A DNA stretch of 64,000 nt, taken from contig CM120644.1 in assembly GCA_051362555.1 (NCBI GenBank), positions 10,748,567-10,812,566 on the forward strand, written 5' to 3'. Position numbers and translations under genes: made by a program. The notes under the pieces were generated by a model, which ran no database searches, was not told where the DNA came from, and saw nothing but the letters and a program-made list of their open reading frames with translations. Source of the DNA: Lingula anatina. Its lineage: Eukaryota; Animalia; Brachiopoda. Below are positions 12,349-22,851 of the stretch, piece after piece (position 1 is the first letter of the stretch; the number at the start of each line of letters is the position of its first letter).

Positions 12349-13685
12349 TCTGGAGCGCGATTTCTGTATGTTTTTTCGTATCCAAAAAAGCACTGCACAC
12401 GGGTCCATACTGTCCACAGCCTGCAAGGCAGGGCGTCGTGCAGATCGGGTGAGGGGAGACAGTCCATACACACACAGTCCATACACACACAGTTCATACA
12501 CACAAAAAATATCGTTTGTGTTTCCTATCCAAACATCCTAATTGAATAGAATACGCTGATATCGTATGGTAAAATCAAAGAACGGTCCTATTTTTTGCGT
12601 TTGCGCCTGAAGTTTTTGTTCGGTTGTTTACACGGTCTGTTCATTTTTCTATCGAGAATGATTGTGACCGCATGCGGAATGTAGGAGATATAAAAGGGTT
12701 TTATTGCCTTTAAAAATATTTTTCAAGGATTATTGCTGCCTTTAAGAAAAAAACAGTAGGTTTAGTGCGTGCAGGCTGTCCCGTTATATGGCTTGTGTGC
12801 CCGTAGCATGCATAGACAAAACGGAAGAGGCCGGTGAACGGCAGCCATCTTGTGGTCGATGCAACCCGCAAATTGGTGGGACGAGGTTTTTTTTGGGAGG
12901 GGGGGTAAATGTATGTAGATATATCATCTCATTGCTTCGTTTTGGCCAGTGGGACGTTCAATTTGCAGTTATTAAGTGTTAAAGTGCAGCTGGAGAACAA
13001 GTCCAAAAGGGCGGTTTAGATATTTTGCAAGTTTGATTGCATGTGTGGCTCGAGTGTGAAATTGGTTTATGTGTGGTTTTAGAAGGCGATGCAAGGAAAG
13101 TTATGGTTGCGGGATGGTTGCTGAATGAGGGGGGTAGTTGTTGCCACGTGAAATTTAATTTTTAGTCGCAAAAGAGACCTCACACTGGGTTCGGTGGATT
13201 TGTGTAAATTTGATTTGCAAATGGCGGAAGGAATGCGGTAGACTATATAGGCGGTCCGTGTATGGCGGGGCAAAGTGATTTACATTTCGTCAGAAAATGA
13301 AAAAACGGGTGTTTTTTCCTTTTCATTTGATACAGATGGCCAAAATGTAATGGAAAATGAAGCACAACTTTCGTTTTGCATTTAATTCTACTTTTTATGC
13401 AAAATAGCTTGGGGTATTTACACAATGATTTTAAGTGTACAATATGTTTTACTTGCTTGCCCGTTAGGAGAGTGATGGGACAAGCCCAACCTATTGGTAT
13501 CTGTAAAGGGAGTTTATAGCATCAGTCACTATAGGCAAGTAGGGGCCACACAATATACGACTGCTATTATCATTATTAATATAAATTTGAATAATTGTAG
13601 AACATAGGCTTTTTAGTAGCCAAGCTTGTATGAACAATTCTAAAAAGATAATTTTGGGTTACCCCCCTCAAAAAAAATGATAATA

Positions 13686-13686
13686 A

Positions 13687-13725
<39 letters not shown>
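13686..13725. repeat. (TAAA)n microsatellite
   Basis: Directly visible. Confidence 0.9.
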
Positions 13726-13833
13726 ATGGTAATAAAAATGCAAGAAAATTTTCAAGTTTTCATTTGTACTTTTAGGTGCATGCTCGGAATTAGCACCCCT
13801 GCTCATGAACTTTCTGAATACAGGGTAGTGAAG

Positions 13834-14294
13834 TACCCTCTACCAGGGCGAGTGATAGATTTTTTACAGATATTCACAGATATGTCTCTAGCTAGATAGA
13901 TGGTCATTTAGGGCTCAACTTACCCTGTTGAGAAATCTCAAGGCTGATTGCATGGCTGATAATTGTTTGCATAACTGCTCAGGCACAGCCACTTAGCAGG
14001 TCCAGTCTAAGTCTGCTTGACAGCAATCAAGACACTTAATTACTCTGACTTCAATCACTTGCTCTACTGTGACAGATAAAAGAGCCTTAGACTGGTTGCG
14101 TAACGAGCAGTTATCACATCGTTGTGAAGCTCAGCTCATGCAGAGCAAGTACAAAGCCTTTGGCGCGCGCGCAGAGATAATTGTTTCCACATGGGATTCC
14201 TCAACAGGGTGAGTTGAGCCCTAAATGACCATCTATATAGCTAGAGACATATCTGTGAATATCTGTAAAAAATCACTCGCCCTGGTAGAGGGTA
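13834..14294. mobile_element. Non-autonomous DNA transposon with ~100 bp TIRs and 9-bp TSD (AcademH- or MuDR-like)
   Basis: Ends TACCCTCTACCAGGGCGAG...CTCGCCCTGGTAGAGGGTA, flanked by the direct repeat GTAGTGAAG (13825-13833 and 14295-14303). Confidence 0.9.
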
Positions 14295-16445
14295 GTAGTG
14301 AAGGTTGTCATAATGCAACTGTTGAAGGCTTACGACTCTCCTTGGAAGGAACGCAAATGATAACACTTGTGGGGAGCAACTATGTGAGACTATGAGAAGT
14401 ACCCAGTCACCTTTTCAACAATGCACATGATGGTGTGAACAATTGAGCAGCTCTTCTTCATAAACTTGAGGGAGACTACAAACATAGTAATAGCCTAAAA
14501 ATAATAGCCTAAAAAGTCAACTATCACAGATAATTTGCAAATGTCAGTTATTCGTTTAAATTAGATACATAAGAGTGCCTAATTTAATTGGTGTAATGAT
14601 GCTTTTTTTTTTTGTTTATTTTGTTTCTATTTTTTTCTTCAATATTTAAGCACATGTTAACATTTATTATTATTATTGTTGTTTTGTTTTTACTTAGGTA
14701 GTACAGAGCCTCCCTTCTACTAGGCATGTCCTTGTCTGAACCTCCAACATTACCAAAAACACTGCTGCTTGCTGCCAGTGTCCTCATAAGCACCGAATCA
14801 GTAGCACCTGCCTAAAAGATAGTACACATATGGTGGTGGTGAGAAGTTATGGGAAAAAGAGGAAGATGCCAACCCTAGTTATAGAGACATAGTCCAAAGA
14901 AGTGTTTGTTATTGATGGATTTTTGCAGCTTGTGTTTTACTGTACCGGTTAGCATTGGCACCATTTAATTGCTTGATTCTCCGTCCAAAAAGCTGTTTTC
15001 TTGCCTACAGTTTACGCATTTCTGTGCTTCAGCCACTTTTTTAGTTTGACAGAAAGCAGTGCACGCTTCAAACGACCTTTTTATATGCACACCTTGTACA
15101 TCATCTACACCTAGCATTGCCATGCTGGAAAAAGCAGAGGACTACCATGACCCCTGTGGCGCGCGGTTCCTGTCATGGGCACTTCGTATTTCCGCAAAAG
15201 ATGAAAAAGGTCTATACCACCTTCACATTGTCACTGTTGATCCCGATAGCAGGTTTGTCATTTTAGTCCCAACCACTTTCATACTCTACTACATTGGTTC
15301 CAGTTGTGGCTATTAGGGTTAGAAAAAGCAATAATTGCAAAAAATGTGCAAAACTATGCAATATTTACATGGGTCGTAAATCGACTTGTAATGGTTACTA
15401 TGGGCAAAGCTACTGCCTCATAATGCAGAGGGCCTCACATACTTAGCCTGAAAGAAATGGATGAGGGTTTTCTTACAACAATAACAACGAGACAAAAAAC
15501 AATAACAGTGAGGATAGCATAAACAAGAATTGTGTTAGCCTGCAATGACTGTCATTTTAGAAAGTCAGCTGGGCTGGGAGGAACGAATAAAGGTACTCTT
15601 AGAAGTACTACAGTAAGAAAATCAGCAATAACTGTGATGTTAGAATAAGTGAAGATTGTTGCCTCTTAAAATGATTGCTATTTTTTCTTATTTACTTGTA
15701 TAAAGCCAGGTGGACTAGTATTATTATTTTAAACAAAGTTGAATGGTCATTATTTTTAGTACAATATAACTAAAACAGGATAGTAACTATGCAATGATTT
15801 ATTTAAGGATAGCTGGCCTATCTATCTTCAAGAACAGCTGGCCTATCTCACTTATTACTCAAGGGTAACTGCACTATCACCTACTTAGTTAATCCAACTA
15901 TAATGTGAAGCGACTGTACAATGATTAATTCAGGAATAGGTAAACTTTCATTTCATAAACTACCATTAAATTTTCAGTTGTACTGTATATAGCACGAGAG
16001 GGCTATACATGCAGATTAGTAAAGTCAAGAAAGGCATACGGTGTTCACTCAATCGCTGTTTATTTCAAGCCGGGATAATCAGGACAAAAAAAAACTAGAA
16101 AGGAAAGAATGATAATAACAATACCGATGTAAGCATTACGTGATCTACATTTTGAAGTATTTTAGATAAATTAAAGTGTCTACTGTTAACTTTTGCTGCA
16201 GATGTGTCTAACAAAATGTGTAAAAATTCTTCCTAAATACAGGTATCTAGATCTCCACTTTTCAAATGTAAATACGTGTATCACAAAGTTAACAAAATAT
16301 CACTACTGACAACAATGCATTTGACTCACAATTTATGCCTATCCTTGAAATAATAAATCGTGAGTCACAATCTTGAAATAACAAAAGAACAAAAATGTGA
16401 AGTGGGCCTTTCACCTATGAAGTCACTGGGTTGAATGGTATGAAA

Positions 16446-16928
16446 CCCAGCGGGCAAATTATGTTGTTTTAACGTTGAAACAATGTTGAACCATAACGTT
16501 GAAAGTTTGATCAACGTCAGATAACAACATTGTATCAACACCAGTTGTAAGACATTCTTGCATTAAAAGACATTAAAATGACCTGAAATGTTTTTATTTT
16601 TGGTACAAAACACAGGTACACAATTAAAACGTACACTGTAAAAACATCCAAGTGCCTGCTTTGTCTGATTTTTTTCAATGCATTTAGCTCCTAAGCATGT
16701 TTTGCACCTAAGCATGGAACACCCTTTTAGCCTGGATGTGTTTAGTAGTAGGACATGTTTGATGGCTAAATGTATGTAGGGTATATATGTAGTGCCTTTA
16801 AGATAGGATTTCCAAGGTTTGACGTGGCTTGATCAACGTTGATTTTAGGTTGAATTTAGGTATTTCAACGGCAATTCAACGTATCAACCTGTTTTCAACG
16901 TTGATCCAACGTCACTATGCCTGCTGGG
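16446..16928. mobile_element. EnSpm/CACTA-like non-autonomous element
   Basis: Ends CCCAGCGGGCA...TGCCTGCTGGG with a 2-bp AA flank on both sides and multiple subterminal aacgttga/tcaacgtt repeats at both ends. Confidence 0.75.
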
Positions 16929-17300
16929 AAAAGTTTCAAACTTATGGGAGTATCCCTAAACCGAAAAGTTATCACCTATGCAAAAGAACGTTGCAGCAGA
17001 TGTGCCTGATCAACAGGCTCCTCAAGCACAATAAAGGTAAACTAAAAGCTACACTCTATCAGATACGATAATTTATTTCTGAGCCAAAAGTGCAGATTTA
17101 AAGTACACATAAGTGCAGGTTCAGATCAAAGGGCAGACACGCAGCCTCGCCATACACTTACAAAAAAACCCTTCACACTGGATCATCAAATGAAAGTCAG
17201 CTAACATTTTGCCCTATTAACATCAGAATCCGCTCCTAAATAAACACATGTATTTTATCTCGTGCATCTATGTCCTACGGCATGGGTTTCAGATCTGTTT

Positions 17301-17301
<1 letters not shown>

Positions 17302-17348
<47 letters not shown>
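17302..17348. repeat. (AAT)n microsatellite
   Basis: Directly visible. Confidence 0.95.
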
Positions 17349-17664
17349 TACTTTATTACGATTGCAACCCATAGGTTGAAATTGTAAATGAAAGGAATTT
17401 TATGATGGACCAGTTATGACAATCAGTGCCTAGTTTATCTCAATTTCTATCGAATTGGCCTACAAATACGAATTTTTTTAAGGAAGTATGTAGACTGTTA
17501 ATGTCTTTTGAAGCAATTTTACCTTAATGCCGTTTATGTCCAAAGAAATCCATCTAAAGAGGCATACAAACTGAGGGAGAGAGCAAGCATAGTTGTTTAG
17601 ATGATATAAGAATGTTGTCTACAATTGTTTACCTTAAATAACCAATACCGCTAGATGTGTATAT

Positions 17665-17877
17665 GGCTCTATTCCCATAGATTTTAGATCGATCTATCCC
17701 AGCGGGGAGTCTCACTAGATTACTTCAGATAATCCGACTTAAATGTCCGTCCCGCCTACTACAAGCTGTAAGGGGATAATTAACTTTCGTGTCCGCCCGG
17801 CTGACAGCTATTTAGCGTGAACCCCCAGGGAGTTAGGTCGATCTAAAGTAGGTCGATCTAATCTATGGAAATGGGAT
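17665..17877 (+). mobile_element. Harbinger/Tourist-like MITE, family A
   Basis: Nearly identical to 39308-39522; starts ggctctattccca. Confidence 0.85.
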
Positions 17878-17999
17878 GTATTATTCATCAAAGCGCCATT
17901 TCAACTTCGTTTTTTTTTTTCGTTTTATGCGTTCAGTTTTACGCACTGTTGTCTTTGAGAACGGCTTGCACGCGCACCTTTTAGTACTAAAACAAACAG

Positions 18000-18189
18000 G
18001 CCCCAGTTTCACAAAAAAAAAAACTTAAGTCAGTTCCCTGGCTTAGTTGACTAGGATTTCCATGAGAATGCTGTTACACTGCTCCTGGTAGGGTCAGATG
18101 TCCCCATGTGACCATGTTACCTTGGTAATTAAGTTCTTAGCCAGGGAACTTGACTTAGGTTTTTTTTTTTTTTTTTGTGAAACCGGGGC
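18000..18189. mobile_element. Harbinger-like MITE with CAG TSD
   Basis: TIRs gccccagtttcacaaaa...ttttgtgaaaccggggc, an inner inverted agttccctggct/agccagggaact, and CAG on both flanks. Confidence 0.8.
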
Positions 18190-19167
18190 CAGAGCCACCT
18201 AACCAGCACAAACCAGTGTGGTCACCGCATCATTCGACGTTGTCTTAGTGCAAGGTCTCCAAACGTTTGAAGTCACGCTTACCTCTGTTGACATGCCATT
18301 ACTAAAATCCTACTTTTATTTGTGCAAGTTTTGTGTAGTGATCTCTTTTTTCTTTTTATCCCTGCCATCGATTTTTCTTAAAAGTCTTAGTTCAGTTTTT
18401 ATCATTGATAAAGCAAAATAACGCTTCTGTTAAATGAAAATCTGTAATTAGGGGCTCATCATCCCATAGCAAAATCATTTAAACCAAAATAATGGCACGG
18501 GATTGTAGCCTATACACTCCTGGTCAACAGCGCCAATTTCCGTGATAAAATCTTGTTCAGGGATGAATTTACACCCCATACCGATTGCTATATCACCTCA
18601 AAAATAGAAAGTTGTTCTATTGGCGATTAAAAGCCTTGAGTTCCCTATGCCCTTTTAATGCAAAGAAAAAAAATGAATGTCGATATTTCTCATTTTCAAG
18701 TTTTTTTTAATCAGCACAAAGATAGATGCATTATTGAATAATTAGATGCAAGAAAAAACTCATTTTTGGTATCTGGATGATAATAAAGGGTCACAATATC
18801 CTTCAGTGATGTCATATTTATATAGCTTTTATCCAGCTTTATATTGACTGTAGACCATTTTGGTAAATGTCTCGGTGCTGGAGAAAATCCCAAACCGAAA
18901 ATGGTATTGTTCTCCCCAGAATGAAGATAAAATGTCACTAGCGCTAAGACTTAATATTTCTTTGGAATATTTGAGAGGTATATTTGATTTTCGTTCATAG
19001 AAAATAAAAACCATAACATTGCTTTTATGATTTTATTCAATTCGACATCTTTCCCTAATAACATAGATATGTTTTTATGAATACATGATGTCATCCAATT
19101 TAACTTCATGCAAAGCTAATTATTATATTCGTCATTATTGCCAAGTATCATCTTCTGAAACTCATCT

Positions 19168-19336
19168 CAGGCCCGTAGCCAGCAATTTCAAAAGGGGGGT
19201 TCTATTTCTGGAAAAGTGGACCTTTTCCCATAAAAACTACATGTACCTAGATCATATTTTACCCAGAGTGGACCTTTTCCCAGCAAAAGGGGCGGTTCTT
19301 TCGAACCCCCCCAAACCTCCCCTGGCTACGGGCCTG
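19168..19336 (+). mobile_element. MITE family B (CAGGCCCGTAGCCAG TIR, 5-bp TSD; hAT5-like)
   Basis: 15-bp perfect TIR, TSD CATCT. The paralogous empty site is visible at ~8881-8897 (aactCATCTacgcatcc). Confidence 0.92.
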
Positions 19337-19359
19337 CATCTACGCATCCCTATTTCTGA

Positions 19360-20598
19360 TCAAGTAGTCAAAGAAAATATATTACGTTTTGGATTGTACA
19401 CTGTATCAGGAACAAATGGCTGTGAACGACGAGTACCTAAACGTAAAAGTTTTCTTATTTCTGGTTTTTCCAACCAAATTAATTTCTTCTTAATCATTGG
19501 ATGATTAGCATCCCAGTATTGATAAATAAAATCCGGCGTTACTATGTACGAGTGGTTGCCTTTTCTCTTTGGCTCCCCTGGCATACTAATGGTTGGACCT
19601 GGTTGGAGGTCGCCTGGATTATCCAACGCAGATTGGCCTTTCAATATGGCCTCCAAAAGGGGGTTGGCGGTGCTGGGGTTGGATTTTGTTTGCAAAGGCA
19701 AGGCATACCAGACATAGTCCCGAGGTTTTTGGTAATCATAATGCTGTTTGTATCTATCTTTTGAAACGTTCCTTCCTGAAATTGGGTTCAGAACATGAAG
19801 CGAGTTGCACTGAAAACGATAGCTGTGATACAGTATCGCCATCAACTGTTTAGCAATCCAAGCTGGATAAAACCATGATTCATAGTCCAAATGTAAATCA
19901 TACGGTAGAAGAAACGATAATGTATCTCTGTGAAAGGCATTAAAGCACTCATCGAAGTCCCAGTGTAAATTCACGGGTCGCTTTTTGTTGACAAACTGCC
20001 GATTCATGTCCTTGTATCTTACATATCCAACGGCTGGTTGATAATACATCAAAAACTCCTCAAATCGCCGAAATGGGTCTTGGGACATTTCAGACCATGG
20101 TTTCCAGTTAACGTCACCGTCGGATCTTACCGATAGGATAACGTCATCATCCATAAATATATAATACTCATACCCGCCGTCTAACATCTGGACAGCTAAG
20201 TTGACCGCGTGCTGAAGCAAGGCATTCCTCCCGGCCAAGGCTGACGTATTTGGTGCGTAAATGTCCCCCGACATGTCTGCAAACGTCAGCCAGATAACGT
20301 CTCTTTCCTTGGTTTCTTCTAAACCATCGATGACACCTTTTGTTGGGCTCGAGATGAGATACACAAACCGTTTCCCTGACAACGAACTGTAATTGCTCTG
20401 CTTGACGACTTCAAAACTACGGTCAGATGTAAATATACCGGACTCGAGCAAGTTCGCTGCTTTGTCTATCCAGTGGGTCACTCTTTTAGCACTACTCCAT
20501 TCCTCCACAATATAGTCGTTTAGCCGGACAGATAATAGCACCAGTGCTAGGGTAACTATTGATGAGATTAAGCATTTCATTGTTCTATACCTTCTCAT
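19360..20598 (-). CDS. Putative glycosyltransferase-like type II membrane protein, paralog 3 (intronless, 412 aa)
   Basis: TM segment CLISSIVTLALVLLSV, motif YYIFMDDDV, and a catalytic-like region nearly identical to paralogs 1 and 2. Confidence 0.85.
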   Translation of the reverse strand: MRRYRTMKCLISSIVTLALVLLSVRLNDYIVEEWSSAKRVTHWIDKAANLLESGIFTSDRSFEVVKQSNYSSLSGKRFVYLISSPTKGVIDGLEETKERDVIWLTFADMSGDIYAPNTSALAGRNALLQHAVNLAVQMLDGGYEYYIFMDDDVILSVRSDGDVNWKPWSEMSQDPFRRFEEFLMYYQPAVGYVRYKDMNRQFVNKKRPVNLHWDFDECFNAFHRDTLSFLLPYDLHLDYESWFYPAWIAKQLMAILYHSYRFQCNSLHVLNPISGRNVSKDRYKQHYDYQKPRDYVWYALPLQTKSNPSTANPLLEAILKGQSALDNPGDLQPGPTISMPGEPKRKGNHSYIVTPDFIYQYWDANHPMIKKKLIWLEKPEIRKLLRLGTRRSQPFVPDTVYNPKRNIFSLTT

Positions 20599-21394
20599 TC
20601 TGGACGTGTTTTCTGTGTGTTTTTTCGTACCGAAGAAAGCACTTCACACGAGCCCGATATCATCCACAGCATGCCTAGCGCCTGCAAAGCATGTTGTCGT
20701 GCAGATTGGGCGAGGAAAGACAGTCCATTATATATATCATACACACAAAGAGATATCGTTTATGTTTCCTACCCAAACCCCCTAATGTTGAATAGAATGC
20801 GCTGATATCGTATGGTAAAATCAAAGAATGGTCCTACTTTTTGCGTATGCGAGTTATAGTTCAGTTGTGGACACGGTCAGCTTATTTTCTTTTGTGAGAA
20901 TGTTTGTGACTGCAAGCGTAAAGGAGGAGACACATTGGGTATGGGTCATTGGTTTTCCGTGAGTAGTTGTCAGATTCCCTGTCGGTCTAAATCACTTTGC
21001 AGGCGTTCTTTGTATTTGTCTCAACAACGTTTTTGTTTTGATAGGTTCACCAATGGCATGTATTTATTCCTAGTTACAACACGAGTCGTCTATACTGTAT
21101 GCAACATACAACAGCAAAATTGTATCGAGGCGCCGAATGAAAATACAGGCAAGCCTGTATGAGGAATGCAAGTGCAATTATCATATTCTTTGAAGCACCA
21201 GGCGTGGTACAATTAGTGCGTACAGACTTTTTTTATTTTCTTTTTGTCGGAACATCTTTTGTAAAGTATAACTTTTCCTAAAATGGGCAAGAGTGAGGCG
21301 GGGGGGGGGGGGGGGGTGCACCAAATGCGACAGTTGTGATGCAGTGTCGCAATCAACTGATGGTTTGGATCATAGATCTCTCCGCCATTAATGC

Positions 21395-21475
21395 TACCCT
21401 CTACCAGGGTGACAGATTGGTTTTTCACAAGATATTCACAGATATGTCTTAGATAAATAGACAGTCATTTGATTC
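21395..21475 (+). mobile_element. Solo TIR fragment related to the 13834-14294 element
   Basis: taccctctaccaggg...gatattcacagatatgtct matches the left TIR of the 9-bp-TSD element. Confidence 0.7.
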
Positions 21476-21506
21476 CCTGGCTTTTTGAAAATTTGCCTAT
21501 AATATC

Positions 21507-21798
21507 CAGAGGCGGATTTAGAGGGGGGGGGGTCAGGGGGGTCCTGCCCACCCCCTTCGATTTTTGAAAAAAAAACACATCAATGATCCCTTCTTGAAAT
21601 TAGAATTTTGATTAGCTGGATCATAGTTCTAAACCGTACCAAATGGAACTGTTCGCCCTCTAAAATACCAAAAAATTTTCGGAGCCCTTCTGCGGGCCCC
21701 GAACCTCACGCCAAGGCGGGGGGAAGGGGTCGGCTTCGCATGCGTGGACCCCCCCCCCCTCCCCCCCGCCTCTTCAAATAATCCTGGATCCACTCCTG
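21507..21798 (+). mobile_element. MITE family C (CAG..CTG ends, 5-bp TSD ATATC)
   Basis: Ends cagaggcggatt...ggatccactcctg, with ATATC at 21502-21506 and 21799-21803. Related copy at 6717-6968. Confidence 0.85.
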
Positions 21799-22320
21799 AT
21801 ATCTGCTATTGAAGCTGCTTGGGGTAATTTATTATCACTTAGCAGCTTCAGTAGGCGTGCCAGACATGTAAGCCGCTTAAGCTGGAAGCAATTTAGCGAG
21901 AAACCCGTAAGTGTGGGAACCCAGTCGTAAACGCCAGATTGGTGGTTACGCGATCTAGTCAAATAATTCCCTTATGTCTGTATACATGTATACCGCGGTA
22001 GGTGTCCAGAACAAAAAATCCATCTGTGATGCAATATTTTTCACACAATAAATAATAACAATGAAAAACTGAATATTTTTTTACCACCAAATCTAACAGA
22101 AATTTAAGATACAACGCTCCATCCAGCTTCAATGTGCCAACAATTTAAATTATCCCGCAACACTTTTATTCCGTTTTCTTTAACTTGCTTTTAGAGGCCA
22201 ATGCTTATTGTGAACTTAATTTGATCTTAATGTAAATAGTTTCCTTTAATTTTCATTTGCACTATCATGTTTCTACAACTTCAACCTTTTGTTTGCTTAT
22301 GATTTAAAGAAACATTCATG

Positions 22321-22371
<51 letters not shown>
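22321..22371. repeat. (ATT)n microsatellite
   Basis: Directly visible. Confidence 0.95.
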
Positions 22372-22373
<2 letters not shown>

Positions 22374-22851
22374 AGATCCAGCCGTGCTTTATCTTGCTAC
22401 ACACAGTGATTATGCATTTAGTCGCGTATGACAGTATGATAGCCCTGTATGAGAGAGAGAGAGATTTTCATGTGACGTGGATGCGTATCTCATTGTAATA
22501 TATTGACTAGTACATTGTATGTAATATTCAGACATAATAAATGTAAAGACATTAAAAAGAACTGCCACAACAACATACTGAGTATAAGATTTATTCCAAG
22601 GAACAGAACTAGATAAATAAGGCCAGTAAAATCGAGGACACAGGAATTCTACTAGATCCAAAAGCAATCACAACTCAAAATAAATTCAATGTCACCCTTT
22701 GTATTGCCGATTAAACATAAACATGTATATGAAATACATCAATGCCTTTCGATTCACTTCGAGTATAACTATTCACGTTATAGCTTGTAAAACAACAGAT
22801 GCGCTAGGAACAAAGGACGCCTCCCACACTCCGCTATCAATGATCGTTGCA

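Noticed and set aside
12349-12501. N-terminal extension of paralog 2 in the ORF track
   Set aside because: It starts at GTG, and the homologous region upstream of paralog 3 is out of frame, so it is most likely 5'UTR. The ATG at 12408 cannot be fully excluded.
15385-15440. Faint tRNA-like sequence (gcctcataatgcagagg)
   Set aside because: No cloverleaf or intact B box.
5220-19853. Recurring small plus-strand ORFs (MVAFSLWLSWH..., MDLVGGRLDYP...)
   Set aside because: Antisense shadows of the three GT-like paralogs; their recurrence reflects the duplication.
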